The position numbers and the translations under genes were made by a program. Shown here one piece after another: positions 45,314-56,129 of a DNA stretch of 64,000 nucleotides. The stretch comes from Prochlorococcus sp. AG-432-D11. GTDB taxonomy: Bacteria > Cyanobacteriota > Cyanobacteriia > PCC-6307 > Cyanobiaceae. The stretch spans positions 278-64,277 of the forward strand of contig QCOP01000002.1 of the NCBI GenBank assembly GCA_003212885.1, given 5' to 3'. The first letter of the stretch is position 1; every line of letters begins with the position of its first letter. The notes below the pieces were generated by a model. The model did not search any database, was not told where the DNA came from, and saw only the letters and a list, made by a program, of their open reading frames with translations.

Positions 45314-46849
45314 TTATTTTTTAATCCAGTCTGTTGCCCCCCCCGGCTTATCTATTAATTCAATTCCCATTGTTCCTAATAGATCTCTGATTTTGTCGGC
45401 TTGCTGAAAATCATGATTCTCCTTGGCTAATTTTCTTTCATTTATATAAGAAAGGATTTTTTCTTCATCAGCAAAAGCTTGAGAGGCTCTTTCAATTTTC
45501 TCTGCTTTAAATCCAATTGATTCAGTAAGTTCTTCAAGAAGTGCCCATTGTTGTTTGATCTGTTGTTTTTCACATTTGGTGAGCTTTTCAATGGAATTAG
45601 GTTCTATTTTATTTGCTAATGACCTTATTGATTTGGCTAGTTGAAAAATTATTGCAAGACCACTAGATGTATTTAGATCATCATTTAAGGCAAAAATAAA
45701 ATCTGTTCTTAGCCCTATTAATTCTTCAGAATATATAAATTTCTTTGAATCTTTTTCAGTATTTTTTGGTTCGAAGCTTGGTTCAGAACTTTTAGAAAAA
45801 TTATATGTAATGCCAAGATTTAAAGCTTCATTTATTTTCTTCCAACCACTTGCTGCGGCATCAATAGCCTCTTTTGTGAAATCAATGGGTTTTCTATAGT
45901 GAGCTTGCAATATAAAAAGTCTTAGAGTCATTGGAGATACTCCACTATTAAGTAAGGATCTAATAGTCGTAAAGTTTCCAAGAGATTTACTCATTTTTTT
46001 TCCTCCAACATTCACCATTCCATTGTGAAGCCAGTAATTGGCTAATTCTTTATTGTTAACTGCTTCGGATTGAGCAATCTCATTTTCGTGATGAGGGAAA
46101 ATAAGATCTCCTCCTCCTAGATGAATATCAATAGTTTCGCCAAGTTCTTTCTTGACCATTGCTGAGCATTCAATATGCCACCCTGGGCGTCCTGCTCCCC
46201 AAGGAGAAGAAAAACTTGGTTCATCTTTTTTAGATTTTTTCCACAAGGCAAAATCAAAAACATTTTTCTTATTTGAAGTTTGATCCTTCGTTATACGCCC
46301 TTCTGCATTAAGTTGTTGTTGATCAAGATTTCTGCCGCTGAGCTTTCCATAATTTTTATAGTTTTTTACATCGAAATAAACATTTCCATCAATTGCATAT
46401 GCATGATCATTTTCAACCAGTTCTTCAATCATTTCTCTTATTGAGTCGAGACATTTTGTCGCTCGAGGCATTTTGTCAGCGGGTAAAATATTTAACTTAT
46501 TCATATCTTCTTGGAAAGCGACAATATTTTTGTTACTTACTTCTTCCATTGAGCAATCTTCTTTAGAAGCACGTTCTATTATTTTGTCATCAATATCAGT
46601 AAAATTTTGTACATAGGTTACTTCATATCCTTGCCAGATTAAGTATCTTCTTAAGACATCCCATACTATATAACTTCTTGCATGTCCTAAGTGACAGAGG
46701 TCATAAACGGTTACCCCACAGCAATAGATAGTTACTTTATTACTGTTAATGGGAATAAAAGTCTCTTTCTGTCGGGAAATAGTATTGGTTAACTTTATTG
46801 GCACTTGGTTTGAAAAAAGATTTTTTAAAATATTAGTATTATTCGTCAT
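45314..46849 (-). CDS. cysS: Cysteine--tRNA ligase
   Basis: The HLGHARSY (HIGH) and KMSKS motifs are present. The start is set at ATG 46849, 4 nt after the polA stop. The ORF-track start at 46900 would overlap polA. Confidence 0.92.
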   Translation of the reverse strand: MTNNTNILKNLFSNQVPIKLTNTISRQKETFIPINSNKVTIYCCGVTVYDLCHLGHARSYIVWDVLRRYLIWQGYEVTYVQNFTDIDDKIIERASKEDCSMEEVSNKNIVAFQEDMNKLNILPADKMPRATKCLDSIREMIEELVENDHAYAIDGNVYFDVKNYKNYGKLSGRNLDQQQLNAEGRITKDQTSNKKNVFDFALWKKSKKDEPSFSSPWGAGRPGWHIECSAMVKKELGETIDIHLGGGDLIFPHHENEIAQSEAVNNKELANYWLHNGMVNVGGKKMSKSLGNFTTIRSLLNSGVSPMTLRLFILQAHYRKPIDFTKEAIDAAASGWKKINEALNLGITYNFSKSSEPSFEPKNTEKDSKKFIYSEELIGLRTDFIFALNDDLNTSSGLAIIFQLAKSIRSLANKIEPNSIEKLTKCEKQQIKQQWALLEELTESIGFKAEKIERASQAFADEEKILSYINERKLAKENHDFQQADKIRDLLGTMGIELIDKPGGATDWIKK

Positions 46850-46853
46850 AAAA

Positions 46854-49787
46854 TTATTTAGCTTCCATCCAGTTGTTGCCAATACCAACTTCAACAACAA
46901 GTGGAACGCTCAGCAAAACTGCCTTTTCCATCGTTTCAATAACTACTTTCTTTACTTGGTCTATTACAGATGGCTCAACTTCGAAGACCAATTCATCGTG
47001 TACTTGTAAAAGTAGATTTGCAGGAAGATTTAATTCCTTAAGCTTTTTGTTCAGAGATACCATAGCTATTTTAATAATGTCAGCACTTGATCCTTGAATA
47101 GGAGCATTAGCAGCTGCTCTTAATTGTTGCGCTTCAATGCCTCCTCTGCGCGCCATTGTTATATCAATTTCATTTACATTTTTACCTTTCAATCTGCCTA
47201 AACCATCCTTATTAAAATGAAAGTAACGTCTTCTTCCCATTAATGTACTCACATATCCTCTACTTAGTGCAAGCCTTTCTTGAAGTTCAAGGTAATTAAA
47301 CACTTTTGGATACCTTTGTTTATATCGTAATAAAAACTCTTTAGCTTCTTGAAGGGAGTATCCTGTTGACCTTGCAAATCTTTGAGCGCCCATTCCATAT
47401 ACGACGCCAAAGTTTATTGTTTTTCCTATACGACGTTCATCAGAATTGATGGAATCTTTTTCTAATAATATTTGAGCAGTAAGTGAATGAACGTCTTCAC
47501 CAGTGATATATGCCTTTTGAAGGGTTTCTTCTTGAGACAAGTGAGCAAGGATACGAAGCTCAATTTGTGAATAGTCAGCACTTAGTAGCTTCCAATTTTC
47601 TTGAGGAAGAAATGCTTTTCGAATACGTCTACTAAAGTCAGTCCTAATGGGGATGTTTTGTAGATTTGGATTACTACTACTTAATCGACCTGTTGCAGTA
47701 ACAGCTTGATTGAAATCTGTATGAACTCTTCCAGTACTTTTCTCTACAAGTTGAGGAAGGGCATCTACATATGTGGTTAGAAGTTTTGTTAATGTTCTAT
47801 ATTCAATGATTAGGGGCACTATTACGTGATCATTTTCAAGCTTTTCAAGGACATTTATATCGGTACTCCATCCAGTTTTAGTTTTTCTTGATTTTTTCCT
47901 ATTTAGATCAAGTTTTTCAAATAAAACATCACCTAATTGCTTAGGAGAATTGATATTAAAATTACTATTTGAATATTCATAGACCTTTTGTTCAATATTA
48001 CTTAGTGTTTGATTTAACTCTGATGAAAGCCTGTTTAGGTAATTTATGTCAATAGTGATACCCCGTCCTTCCATTTCTGCAAGGATAGGTTCTAATGGCA
48101 TTTCAACTTTTTCAAGAAGATTAACTAGATCTTTACCCATCCTAGACAAATCTTCTTTAATAAGAAATGAAATCTTTCTAGTTAAGTAAACATCCATTCC
48201 ACAATATTTGCTGGCTGTCTCTATATCAACATAGTCAAAAGTTTTGCCTTTAGGAACAATCTCTTTAAAGCTTTTGGGTATATAGTTAAATTCTCTCTTT
48301 GAGATTTCTTCAAGACTGTGCTTATTAGTTGCGTCGCGAATGTAGTCTCCTAGAAGTGTATCCATAATGACTCCTTCTAGAGGTATGCCATGGCTTAGAA
48401 AGACCATCCTGTCATATTTTGCATTTTGTAAGACTTTCGGATGTTTTTTACTACTTAGCCAGGGTGAGATTAAATTAATTACATCAATTAGACTAAGTTG
48501 AGAATCATTCTTATTTTTTAACTCGCTAGGCGTTTTATGTCCTATAGGAATATATGCAATGTCTTGTTTACCCTCTCCCCAGCAAATGCCAATTCCAACT
48601 AGTTCTGCTAATGAAGGGTTTAGATGAGTTGTTTCAGTGTCAATTGAAACTGGAGATTCGTTTGTCTCAAATTGTAGAAGATTATTAATTAAATCATTAA
48701 GATCTTTTTTTGTATAGATTATTTTGGGGTCAATAATGGGGATTGAATGGCCTGGGATTGTATTGCTGTTATTTTCTGTTTCTTTATCATCTATTTTTTT
48801 CTGATTGTTTTTTATGTTTGTTTTAAAACCTCCTTTGTTGAATGAAGCCATAAAGTAAGGAATCTGTCTTATAAGGCTTTGAAGTTCTAATTTCTCTAAA
48901 GATTTAGTTAAACTACTATTATTTATTTTTTTAAGTTCAAAACTAGGTATATTTTTTAGGGGAACATTTATAATTATTTCTGCTAATTTCATTGATAGGT
49001 ATGCATTTTTCTTTCCTATTTTTAGTTTTTGTTTTAATGCTCCTTTAACTATACCTTGGGATGCTTTTTCCCCTAAATGTTCTAAGTTTTCTAGTAGTTT
49101 AAAGATACCATTAAGATCTGTATTCTCTTTTAATAAAGTTATTGCAGTTTTTGGACCTACGCCTCTTATGCCAGGAATATTGTCTGAACTATCTCCTGTT
49201 AGAGCTTTAAGTTGAATTACATTTGATGGAGATACTCCAAGTTTCTCTAAAACTAGTTTTTCATTTATAAGTGTAGGGTTACTGCTTTTGGAATATGGAC
49301 CACCTCCCATATACATAATGGCTATATCTCTCGAGTCATCCACTAGTTGGAATAAATCTCTGTCTCCAGAGAGAATTCTTACTCTCCATCCTTCGTCCGC
49401 GGCTCTATTAGCAAGAGTTCCTAGAACATCATCAGCTTCATAGCCTGGAGCTGTACAAATTGGTATGTTTAGATCATTTTTTAAAATTTCTTGTAGTTGC
49501 TCTAGGTCTTGAAAAAAGGTTTCTGGAGCAGTATCTCGATTTGCTTTGTAGTTTGGATCAGTTTTATGTCTAAATGTGGGTTCACTTGTATCAAAAGCTA
49601 TTGTTAACCCCTCTGGGCTGATTGTTTTGCAATTTTCTAGAAGACTCTTAAGAAAGCCATATGTAACACTTGTGGGAATTCCTTCTTTAGTCATTAGCCC
49701 TCCTTCTCTACTATTGGCAAAAGCATAAAAGCTTCTAAAAGCAAGAGAATGTCCGTCAACTAGTAGCAATGTTGGTTTTGAAGGCAT
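46854..49787 (-). CDS. polA: DNA polymerase I
   Basis: The 5'-3' exonuclease N-terminus reads [16 protein letters not shown]. The polymerase motifs [12 protein letters not shown] and QVHDELVFE are present. Confidence 0.95.
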   Translation of the reverse strand: MPSKPTLLLVDGHSLAFRSFYAFANSREGGLMTKEGIPTSVTYGFLKSLLENCKTISPEGLTIAFDTSEPTFRHKTDPNYKANRDTAPETFFQDLEQLQEILKNDLNIPICTAPGYEADDVLGTLANRAADEGWRVRILSGDRDLFQLVDDSRDIAIMYMGGGPYSKSSNPTLINEKLVLEKLGVSPSNVIQLKALTGDSSDNIPGIRGVGPKTAITLLKENTDLNGIFKLLENLEHLGEKASQGIVKGALKQKLKIGKKNAYLSMKLAEIIINVPLKNIPSFELKKINNSSLTKSLEKLELQSLIRQIPYFMASFNKGGFKTNIKNNQKKIDDKETENNSNTIPGHSIPIIDPKIIYTKKDLNDLINNLLQFETNESPVSIDTETTHLNPSLAELVGIGICWGEGKQDIAYIPIGHKTPSELKNKNDSQLSLIDVINLISPWLSSKKHPKVLQNAKYDRMVFLSHGIPLEGVIMDTLLGDYIRDATNKHSLEEISKREFNYIPKSFKEIVPKGKTFDYVDIETASKYCGMDVYLTRKISFLIKEDLSRMGKDLVNLLEKVEMPLEPILAEMEGRGITIDINYLNRLSSELNQTLSNIEQKVYEYSNSNFNINSPKQLGDVLFEKLDLNRKKSRKTKTGWSTDINVLEKLENDHVIVPLIIEYRTLTKLLTTYVDALPQLVEKSTGRVHTDFNQAVTATGRLSSSNPNLQNIPIRTDFSRRIRKAFLPQENWKLLSADYSQIELRILAHLSQEETLQKAYITGEDVHSLTAQILLEKDSINSDERRIGKTINFGVVYGMGAQRFARSTGYSLQEAKEFLLRYKQRYPKVFNYLELQERLALSRGYVSTLMGRRRYFHFNKDGLGRLKGKNVNEIDITMARRGGIEAQQLRAAANAPIQGSSADIIKIAMVSLNKKLKELNLPANLLLQVHDELVFEVEPSVIDQVKKVVIETMEKAVLLSVPLVVEVGIGNNWMEAK

Positions 49788-49834
49788 TTCCAGGGAAATA
49801 AAGTAGGTATTAAAATTGTTTGCAAAGTTAGTTT

Positions 49835-50902
49835 CTATTTCCCTTTACTCCAGGGAGGCAGATCAATAAAGATTAGTTCGCCAGGTTCAATACCATTATT
49901 AATAGCCGTTTTTCCGCTGCTACTTGACCCAAGTTCAACTTTCTTAAATTTAGGATTGTTATTCTCGCCTACTACAAATAACCCTGGTTCTCCATTCTCG
50001 GTAACTATTGCTACGGTTGGTACTAGGACTTTGATTGAAGTTTTTCCTGTAAGAAACTCTATTTCTGACGTCATTCCAATTCTTATTTTTTTTGGTTCTT
50101 CTAAAAAATAAAGTTTGACATTGAAAGAAGTTACATTGTTTTCTTTGTTTGCCCTTGGTGAGATTTCCACTATCTTCGATTCAAATACTTCGTCGGGGAA
50201 GGCTTCTATTCGAATATTTGCCAGTTGACTAACTTCTAGACGACCTATATCACTTTCGGGTACCTTTGCAATGACTTCTAGACCTTGCGAAAGTTCAACT
50301 ATTGAATTCTTGACTAGCGTTGTTGAAGTGTTACTACTTGATGTACTTGGAGCTACAAATGAACCAGATTCAGCATATTTTGACGTAATAATTCCTTTAA
50401 AAGGAGCCTTAACAAGTAATTCTTCTCCTTCTACTTTTAATTGATTTAAACGTGCTTGACTAGTTAAATAGTTTTTTAAATATTCATCAAAAACATCTGC
50501 ACTAATAGCTCCATTTTTAAATAAATCTTGCCTTCTAATGTATGCTGACTTTTCTTTCTCAAATGATGCAATTGCTTCATTTAATCTAAATTTGTAATCT
50601 CTTCCCTCTAATTTTGCAATATTTTCATTTTTGTTTATAAGTTGGCCTTCTTTAACGTAGACCTCTTCAATAAAACCTTGCCTTTTCGGATTGATTTTTA
50701 TACTCTTCTGAGCCTGTATGTCGCCATTTGCAGTGATTATTGAAGGAAGTCTCCCTTCAGAGACGGAGGTTGTAAAGCGTGAAAGGTCTCTTTGACGATC
50801 TTTACCAGAATTAAATTTTCCTACAAAGAAACTTATTCCAGCAAGAAAAATAGCAGAGCTAATGGCAAAAAGTCTTAAATTTTGAAATTTTGTCTTAGCC
50901 AT
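49835..50902 (-). CDS. Efflux-transporter periplasmic adaptor (HlyD/MFP family)
   Basis: It has an N-terminal TM anchor, a coiled-coil hairpin region and a beta-barrel C-terminus typical of membrane-fusion proteins. Confidence 0.7.
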   Translation of the reverse strand: MAKTKFQNLRLFAISSAIFLAGISFFVGKFNSGKDRQRDLSRFTTSVSEGRLPSIITANGDIQAQKSIKINPKRQGFIEEVYVKEGQLINKNENIAKLEGRDYKFRLNEAIASFEKEKSAYIRRQDLFKNGAISADVFDEYLKNYLTSQARLNQLKVEGEELLVKAPFKGIITSKYAESGSFVAPSTSSSNTSTTLVKNSIVELSQGLEVIAKVPESDIGRLEVSQLANIRIEAFPDEVFESKIVEISPRANKENNVTSFNVKLYFLEEPKKIRIGMTSEIEFLTGKTSIKVLVPTVAIVTENGEPGLFVVGENNNPKFKKVELGSSSSGKTAINNGIEPGELIFIDLPPWSKGK

Positions 50903-51053
50903 TTTTTATTGGATTTAATAGCATGTTAATTAGTTTTTATAGGTCTTCAGACCTAATCCTCGCATTCAAAAAGCATACTTTCTATTATTTCACTTCAAGG
51001 AGGTGCATTTGATCAAGCTAAGCTGATCATCATTCGGCGATTTTTTTTTTCAA

Positions 51054-52145
51054 ATGCTTAAAGCAGGGATAATAGGTCTTCCTAATGTGGGCAAATCAAC
51101 TTTATTCAATGCTGTTGTAGCAAATGCTAAGGCTCAGGCTGCAAATTTCCCCTTTTGCACCATCGAGCCAAATATTGGGACCGTTGATGTACCAGATGAG
51201 AGACTTCAGGTGCTTGGTGAAATTAGTTCTAGTAAAGTATTGGTGCCAACACGGATCGAGTTTGTTGATATTGCTGGTTTAGTAAAAGGAGCAAGTAAAG
51301 GCGAAGGCTTGGGAAACAAATTTTTGTCAAATATTCGAGAGGTTGATGCGATAATTCATGTTTTACGTTGTTTTGATGATGATGAAGTTATTCATGTTTC
51401 TGGGGAAGTAAACCCTATAAATGATTTGGAGGTTATTAATTTAGAATTAGGACTTGCTGATCTTAGCCAAATTGAAAAGCGGCGTGAGCGTCTAAAAAAA
51501 CAACTTCGTGTTAGTGAAGAGGCAAAAATAGAAGATAATGCTTTGGAAAAGATTTTAGAGAATATTCAAAACGGTGGCCCTGCAAGAAATGTTCAATTGA
51601 CAGAGCATGAGAAAATAATTATCAAGCCTCTTGGACTCTTAACTTTGAAGCCAATTATTTATGCAATCAATTTAAGTGAGAATGAATTATCTACTGGAAA
51701 TGCCTATTCTGAAGAAATTGAGAATTATGCAGAGATAGATGGCTCAGAATGTATTAATATTTCTGCACAAGTTGAATCTGAACTAGTAGATTTAGCTGTC
51801 GAAGAAAAAGAAGATTATTTGAATAGTATTGGAGTTAATGAGGGTGGTTTAAAAACTTTAATTAAAGCTTCTTATAAGCTTTTGGGATTAAGTACATATT
51901 TCACTACAGGAGAAAAGGAATCTAGAGCATGGACTATCAAATCTGGAATGACAGCTCCTGAAGCAGCAGGTGTTATTCATTCTGATTTTGAAAAAGGTTT
52001 TATTAGAGCGCAAACTATAAATTATGAAAAATTTGTACAAGCAGGCTCAATGAGCGAGTCACGTAATAAAGGTTGGATTAGAAGCGAAGGTAAAGATTAT
52101 CTTGTAAAAGAGGGTGACATTATGGAATTTTTGTTCAACACATAA
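51054..52145 (+). CDS. ychF: Ribosome-binding ATPase YchF
   Basis: GIIGLPNVGKSTLFNA, the P-loop, is followed by the coiled-coil insert and a TGS-like C-terminus. Confidence 0.93.
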   Translation: MLKAGIIGLPNVGKSTLFNAVVANAKAQAANFPFCTIEPNIGTVDVPDERLQVLGEISSSKVLVPTRIEFVDIAGLVKGASKGEGLGNKFLSNIREVDAIIHVLRCFDDDEVIHVSGEVNPINDLEVINLELGLADLSQIEKRRERLKKQLRVSEEAKIEDNALEKILENIQNGGPARNVQLTEHEKIIIKPLGLLTLKPIIYAINLSENELSTGNAYSEEIENYAEIDGSECINISAQVESELVDLAVEEKEDYLNSIGVNEGGLKTLIKASYKLLGLSTYFTTGEKESRAWTIKSGMTAPEAAGVIHSDFEKGFIRAQTINYEKFVQAGSMSESRNKGWIRSEGKDYLVKEGDIMEFLFNT

Positions 52146-52372
52146 GAGAATCTTTTTCTTTTTAATTGATTTAATTTTACAGATTCCTAATCTTTTATGT
52201 ATGCAAAACTATTCCTGTTTAGACAGAGGAATATCGTTATAAAAGAGAATCCTATTAAAAGTTCAGTAGTTAATATAAGGATTAATGCCATGAAGTTATA
52301 TTCTGCATTGAAGAAAGTAGCCGATTCAGCTATTTGGTTTAAGTAAGAATCATTTAAATAAGACATTGAACT

Positions 52373-52561
52373 TTAGTTTTCCCAATGAGTATGCGCAATA
52401 CCTAATTCATGCATACGTGTATGTTCATCAATGCTATCTTTCAAGCCATTAGCCCCAGGACCGAATGAGTTATACATTCCATATGCTACTGAACCAAGCA
52501 AGAAAAATAAAATAATTCCTATCATTAGATAAGGTGTATGGTGAAAACTAGATGATTCCAT
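52373..52561 (-). CDS. Small membrane protein with His-rich tail (hypothetical)
   Basis: This 62-aa protein has one TM segment and ends in HTRMHELGIAHTHWEN. Confidence 0.4.
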   Translation of the reverse strand: MESSSFHHTPYLMIGIILFFLLGSVAYGMYNSFGPGANGLKDSIDEHTRMHELGIAHTHWEN

Positions 52562-52904
52562 GAAAAAAATAATTTAGATTTATACATCATTAATCATTAG
52601 TTGATATTTTTCAAATAAATCGTTTACATTTTTTTGAACATTTTTCTCTTTAAGGATAAAACTTTGTTCTATCTGAATGTTTTAATTGATTCAAAGTAAG
52701 GTTTATATTGTGTTGAGACTGATCAATTGATTAGCCTACCACTGCTATGACTAGTATTTCACAATTATAAGGCTGAGATATCTCTTGAGGCAGTGAGCCT
52801 TAAACACTTCTCAAATCAGTCCCAATTACCACAATCTAGTCTAACTTTTATTGTGTTTAGTCTAGCCATCTTTTAGTGTGGCCAGAAAGCAACCACATCT
52901 AAAT

Positions 52905-52939
52905 ACAATAGTATTTTAATTACATTAAAATACTATTGT
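52905..52939. repeat. Perfect 16-bp-arm inverted repeat with 3-nt loop
   Basis: acaatagtattttaat-tac-attaaaatactattgt was verified base by base. It lies in a 535-bp intergenic region. Confidence 0.85.
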
Positions 52940-53096
52940 TAGTAAGGCTTTATTGGATTTGGAATTACGCTTGGCTTATTTTTTGTGGTATTGGTTTGAT
53001 CCTAAATTGACGTTCTAATAAGTTATTCTCCCTTTATTTGTATGAGTTTATATTTAATGTATAGTAAGTTAAAGTCTAAAATTTTTATTTTATTAG

Positions 53097-53600
53097 ATGT
53101 TTATGGATTCCTTGGCAATTAAGAAAACATCGCCTTTATATGATTACTGGATAAATAAACAAGATGATTTGGATGAAGATATTAGACTTAGAAAAGCAAA
53201 TAAAAAAAATCCTCAGGTTCGTTTATTTGCAAACGAACCTTATAAATGGGAAAGTCTTTATCAAAGTATTATTCGAAGAATAATTAATGGTGATAGATCA
53301 TCTATTAAAGGCCTAAATATTTTGCTTGATATGATAAATTCACAAGAGAAAGAGCTTCTTTTAAAAAAACTATTCTCAGAGGGTTTGCTTGAAAGAAATG
53401 TTATTTATGACATAAAAATAAATCGATTTGCTCATCTAAAGAAAACGCAAAATTTTCTAACATTTATTAGCATACTCGTAACTATTTTTGTAAATCCATA
53501 TGATATAAATATTAAAAGAAAACCTAATCATATATATGAAAAAACAGCTATTATTTTCTTTAATATAAGAAAAATTAGTGACTTAAAATTAAACTTATAA
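53097..53600 (+). CDS. Hypothetical 167-aa protein
   Basis: This is an ORF only, in a very AT-rich context. Confidence 0.35.
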   Translation: MFMDSLAIKKTSPLYDYWINKQDDLDEDIRLRKANKKNPQVRLFANEPYKWESLYQSIIRRIINGDRSSIKGLNILLDMINSQEKELLLKKLFSEGLLERNVIYDIKINRFAHLKKTQNFLTFISILVTIFVNPYDINIKRKPNHIYEKTAIIFFNIRKISDLKLNL

Positions 53601-53777
53601 TTTATAATATTTATTATCTTAGAGTATCTAGCATATTTTTTATGTCTTTAAGTATTTTAGTTTATATATCCAAGAATTAATTTCTGTAATAAAAAATACT
53701 TATCGATATGCAATTAACTTTTTAATCCTTTTTAGTAGATAGCTTTGACTCTAAAAAATGGTAATTAAAATTTTAGA

Positions 53778-54401
53778 TTAATAATATAATGGATAAATTT
53801 TGTTGGGTAATTCTTTTTGATTATTTGAATCATATTTATTGTTGTGATGAGAGGATGATGTTTGTTCAAAGTTTTCTAATGACTTTATTATGTCAAATGT
53901 TCTTAACTCTCCTTGGTCCATTCCACTAACTATTAATAGTTCTTGTGATAGTTTTGCAGCAGGTCTATGATTTTTAAATCGAAAACTAATAATTTCTTTA
54001 TCACCTTTATTATTATATCCAACTATTGTAAAAAAATAGTTTTCTTGTCCTCCAAGCTTTCCCCCTTCAATCCCTCCAGTTGCTCCTCCCGCAATTATCC
54101 CTGGAGCACATGCAATTACTGTCCAACAAGTTGCAATTCCCCCTACAATCGCTCCTCCTATACTTCCTCCTCCTGCGCCGATAACGGATTTAGACTGATT
54201 TGTATATGATCTATCTTCTTTAAACCATTGAACAATTCTAGTAGATGGGATAAATGTATTTGGAGTACTAATTCCATCTCGAGAAACTTTTATGCTGCAA
54301 TTATTTTTATTACAAAGAGCTTCGTAAGTACTAGATATTGCTGGTGCAATGCTTAGTGATGTAGTTAATAGCAAATTTGCAAAAAATAGTTTCAATTTCA
54401 T
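53778..54401 (-). CDS. Secreted protein with glycine-zipper insert (paralog group P1)
   Basis: It has a signal peptide. YEALCNKNNCSIKV is followed by the Gly-zipper GAGGGSIGGAIVGGIATCWTVIACAPGIIAGGATGGIEGG and by IISFRFKNH. Confidence 0.55.
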   Translation of the reverse strand: MKLKLFFANLLLTTSLSIAPAISSTYEALCNKNNCSIKVSRDGISTPNTFIPSTRIVQWFKEDRSYTNQSKSVIGAGGGSIGGAIVGGIATCWTVIACAPGIIAGGATGGIEGGKLGGQENYFFTIVGYNNKGDKEIISFRFKNHRPAAKLSQELLIVSGMDQGELRTFDIIKSLENFEQTSSSHHNNKYDSNNQKELPNKIYPLYY

Positions 54402-54438
54402 ATAGTCTCAAGGTCGTTGTGTCGATTTTAATTGGTTT

Positions 54439-54960
54439 TTATTTATTTATTTTACATGTTGAGATATATAGATCTATTATATCAGCAAAATCTATAGCAA
54501 CTTTGTGGTTTTTAAATCTTACAATTAACCTTTCTTTTAATAGACTATCTTTCTTTGGTACAGAGAATAGAAAATCATGATCAATACCTTTTTCTAGTCT
54601 TGTGTATGTTGCAAGTTTATCATCTCCACTATTGATTTTTTTATAAGGCGATGAAGGATTGGATCTGTATCCTACTTTAGCAAATTTATCACAAATATCT
54701 ATTTCACTTATTCCGTAAATAGAGATAGAGTTTAGTTTTTTGTTTTTTATAAATACAGAACAGCCATCAAATCGCCCACCTTTTGAGCATAGCGCCTTAT
54801 ATTTATCTGTTGGCTTCTCTTTTTGTTCAAATATACTTGAGAATCTTGCCATTGAAGGAGTATTCAAGAAAGAGAATAAATATATTAATGCTATGATAAG
54901 GTTCTTTTTTAACACTCTTTTTAGTATCTTGTTTAAGAAAATTTCTCGGACTTTATTCAT
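54439..54960 (-). CDS. Secreted protein (paralog group P2)
   Basis: I set the start at ATG 54960 (MNKVREIF.., signal peptide ..FLNTPSMA). YKALCSKGGRFDGCSVFIK and LIVRFKNH are present. Confidence 0.5.
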   Translation of the reverse strand: MNKVREIFLNKILKRVLKKNLIIALIYLFSFLNTPSMARFSSIFEQKEKPTDKYKALCSKGGRFDGCSVFIKNKKLNSISIYGISEIDICDKFAKVGYRSNPSSPYKKINSGDDKLATYTRLEKGIDHDFLFSVPKKDSLLKERLIVRFKNHKVAIDFADIIDLYISTCKINK

Positions 54961-55690
54961 TCTTTTATTTTCAACTTCTAGTATTTTAGCTGATGATAGA
55001 ATAAAAAATGTTACTTTTTCAACCGAATCTTCTGTTGTATTAATGCCATGTATGGATAAAACAGGGGTGATGATGGGAGGAGGTCCTACTAAAAATGAAT
55101 ATTGTACTGAAATATTAAACCAATTGATTAGAGATGGCGGAGCAAAGACGATTTCTTGGTTTAAAGTCAACAACCATTTGCAAAAAGTTGTTAATGCTAG
55201 TTCATCTTATAATTCGAATAATCCTTATCTTTCTGGAGCTTCAATGCCAGGAGCAATGAGGTTTGATTATACAAATGATATGTATATACCTGAGTTAATA
55301 GAGGCATCTAGGGATTTGGGTGCTAAGTATATAGTTCGACCAATTGTGCTAAATAAGGATTCTATTAGAGAAAGTCAAAGTGAAGTAGGTAGAGTAAACC
55401 CAGCAGTTTTAATACCTGTAGTTGGGATATTTGCTCAAAAGGGACCAAAAAATACTGTAACCAAGTCATCTAATGTAACTATTAAATTCGATATTATTAG
55501 CATTCCTGAAGAGGATATTGTTTCTACAAGGTCCTTCTCGGGAGATGTTAATACTACTAAGGAGATAAGAGGATATAGTTATGATACAAGTGCTTTTGGA
55601 GCAATGGGAGGAATGGATGCTGGAACAAGAGCTGCAATGACAGATGCAATATATCAGGGGATTGAGTATTTAGCAGAGCGAATTGATTGA
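54929..55690 (+). CDS. Secreted protein, possibly CsgG/LpoB-like fold
   Basis: The start is uncertain (TTG 54929 or ATG 54893). The signal peptide is KKISRTLFILLFSTSSILA. Segments VVLMPCMDKTG, LGAKYIVRPIVLN and VTIKFDIISIPEEDIVSTRSFSG resemble the CsgG/LpoB-type lipoprotein pattern, but only weakly. Confidence 0.45.
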   Translation: MFKKISRTLFILLFSTSSILADDRIKNVTFSTESSVVLMPCMDKTGVMMGGGPTKNEYCTEILNQLIRDGGAKTISWFKVNNHLQKVVNASSSYNSNNPYLSGASMPGAMRFDYTNDMYIPELIEASRDLGAKYIVRPIVLNKDSIRESQSEVGRVNPAVLIPVVGIFAQKGPKNTVTKSSNVTIKFDIISIPEEDIVSTRSFSGDVNTTKEIRGYSYDTSAFGAMGGMDAGTRAAMTDAIYQGIEYLAERID

Positions 55691-55692
55691 AA

Positions 55693-56097
55693 TTAATCAG
55701 TCATAGGACTTATATCTTCTAAAAGAAATTTTAATGGTTGAACATACTGACTATCATTAAATGCTATAGCCATTTGTTTAGAGTCACCATCAATATTCTT
55801 GTAAGCAATACCAAAAACATGTCTGTGCTTTACCCAAGTAAATATGAAGCCTTTTAGTTTGCTTTCATTTGTATATCCCCATTTTCCAATATTATTTATT
55901 TTTATAATATTTGTTCTACCAGTAGGAAACTTTATAATAATAGACTTTTTATAAAGTTTTAAATTACATTTCTGCTCAGTTTTGAGTTCAACTATACATG
56001 TCAGATTATTATATTCTTCAGCAGCCTTAACCACGTTTAATATATTGAAAATAATAATTGTTGAAAAAAAAATTGATAATATTTTTACACGATTCAT
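55693..56097 (-). CDS. Secreted protein (paralog group P3)
   Basis: I set the start at ATG 56097 (MNRVKILSIFF..VVKA). YNNLTCIVELKTEQKCNLKL and MAIAFND align with P1 and P2. Confidence 0.5.
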   Translation of the reverse strand: MNRVKILSIFFSTIIIFNILNVVKAAEEYNNLTCIVELKTEQKCNLKLYKKSIIIKFPTGRTNIIKINNIGKWGYTNESKLKGFIFTWVKHRHVFGIAYKNIDGDSKQMAIAFNDSQYVQPLKFLLEDISPMTD

Positions 56098-56129
56098 GAT
56101 AAAATTGATCCAATACAATAGACATTAAC

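Noticed and set aside
34879-47097. Embedded ORFs 34879..35085, 38154..38363, 38610..38795, 40286..40546, 40751..41077, 41077..41586, 44254..44439, 46749..47009, 46873..47097
   Set aside because: They are antisense or out of frame within the hydrolase, NTRC, pntA/A2/B, dxr, cysS and polA genes.
52187-52291. 34-aa minus-strand ORF (MALILILTTELLIGFSFITIFLCLNRNSFAYIKD)
   Set aside because: It looks like a single TM peptide, but I could not match it to any known small photosynthetic subunit. It is too short to support without conservation data.
53967-54580. ORFs 53967..54209 (+) and 54377..54580 (+)
   Set aside because: They are antisense to the exported-protein genes P1 and P2, which have signal peptides and paralog support.
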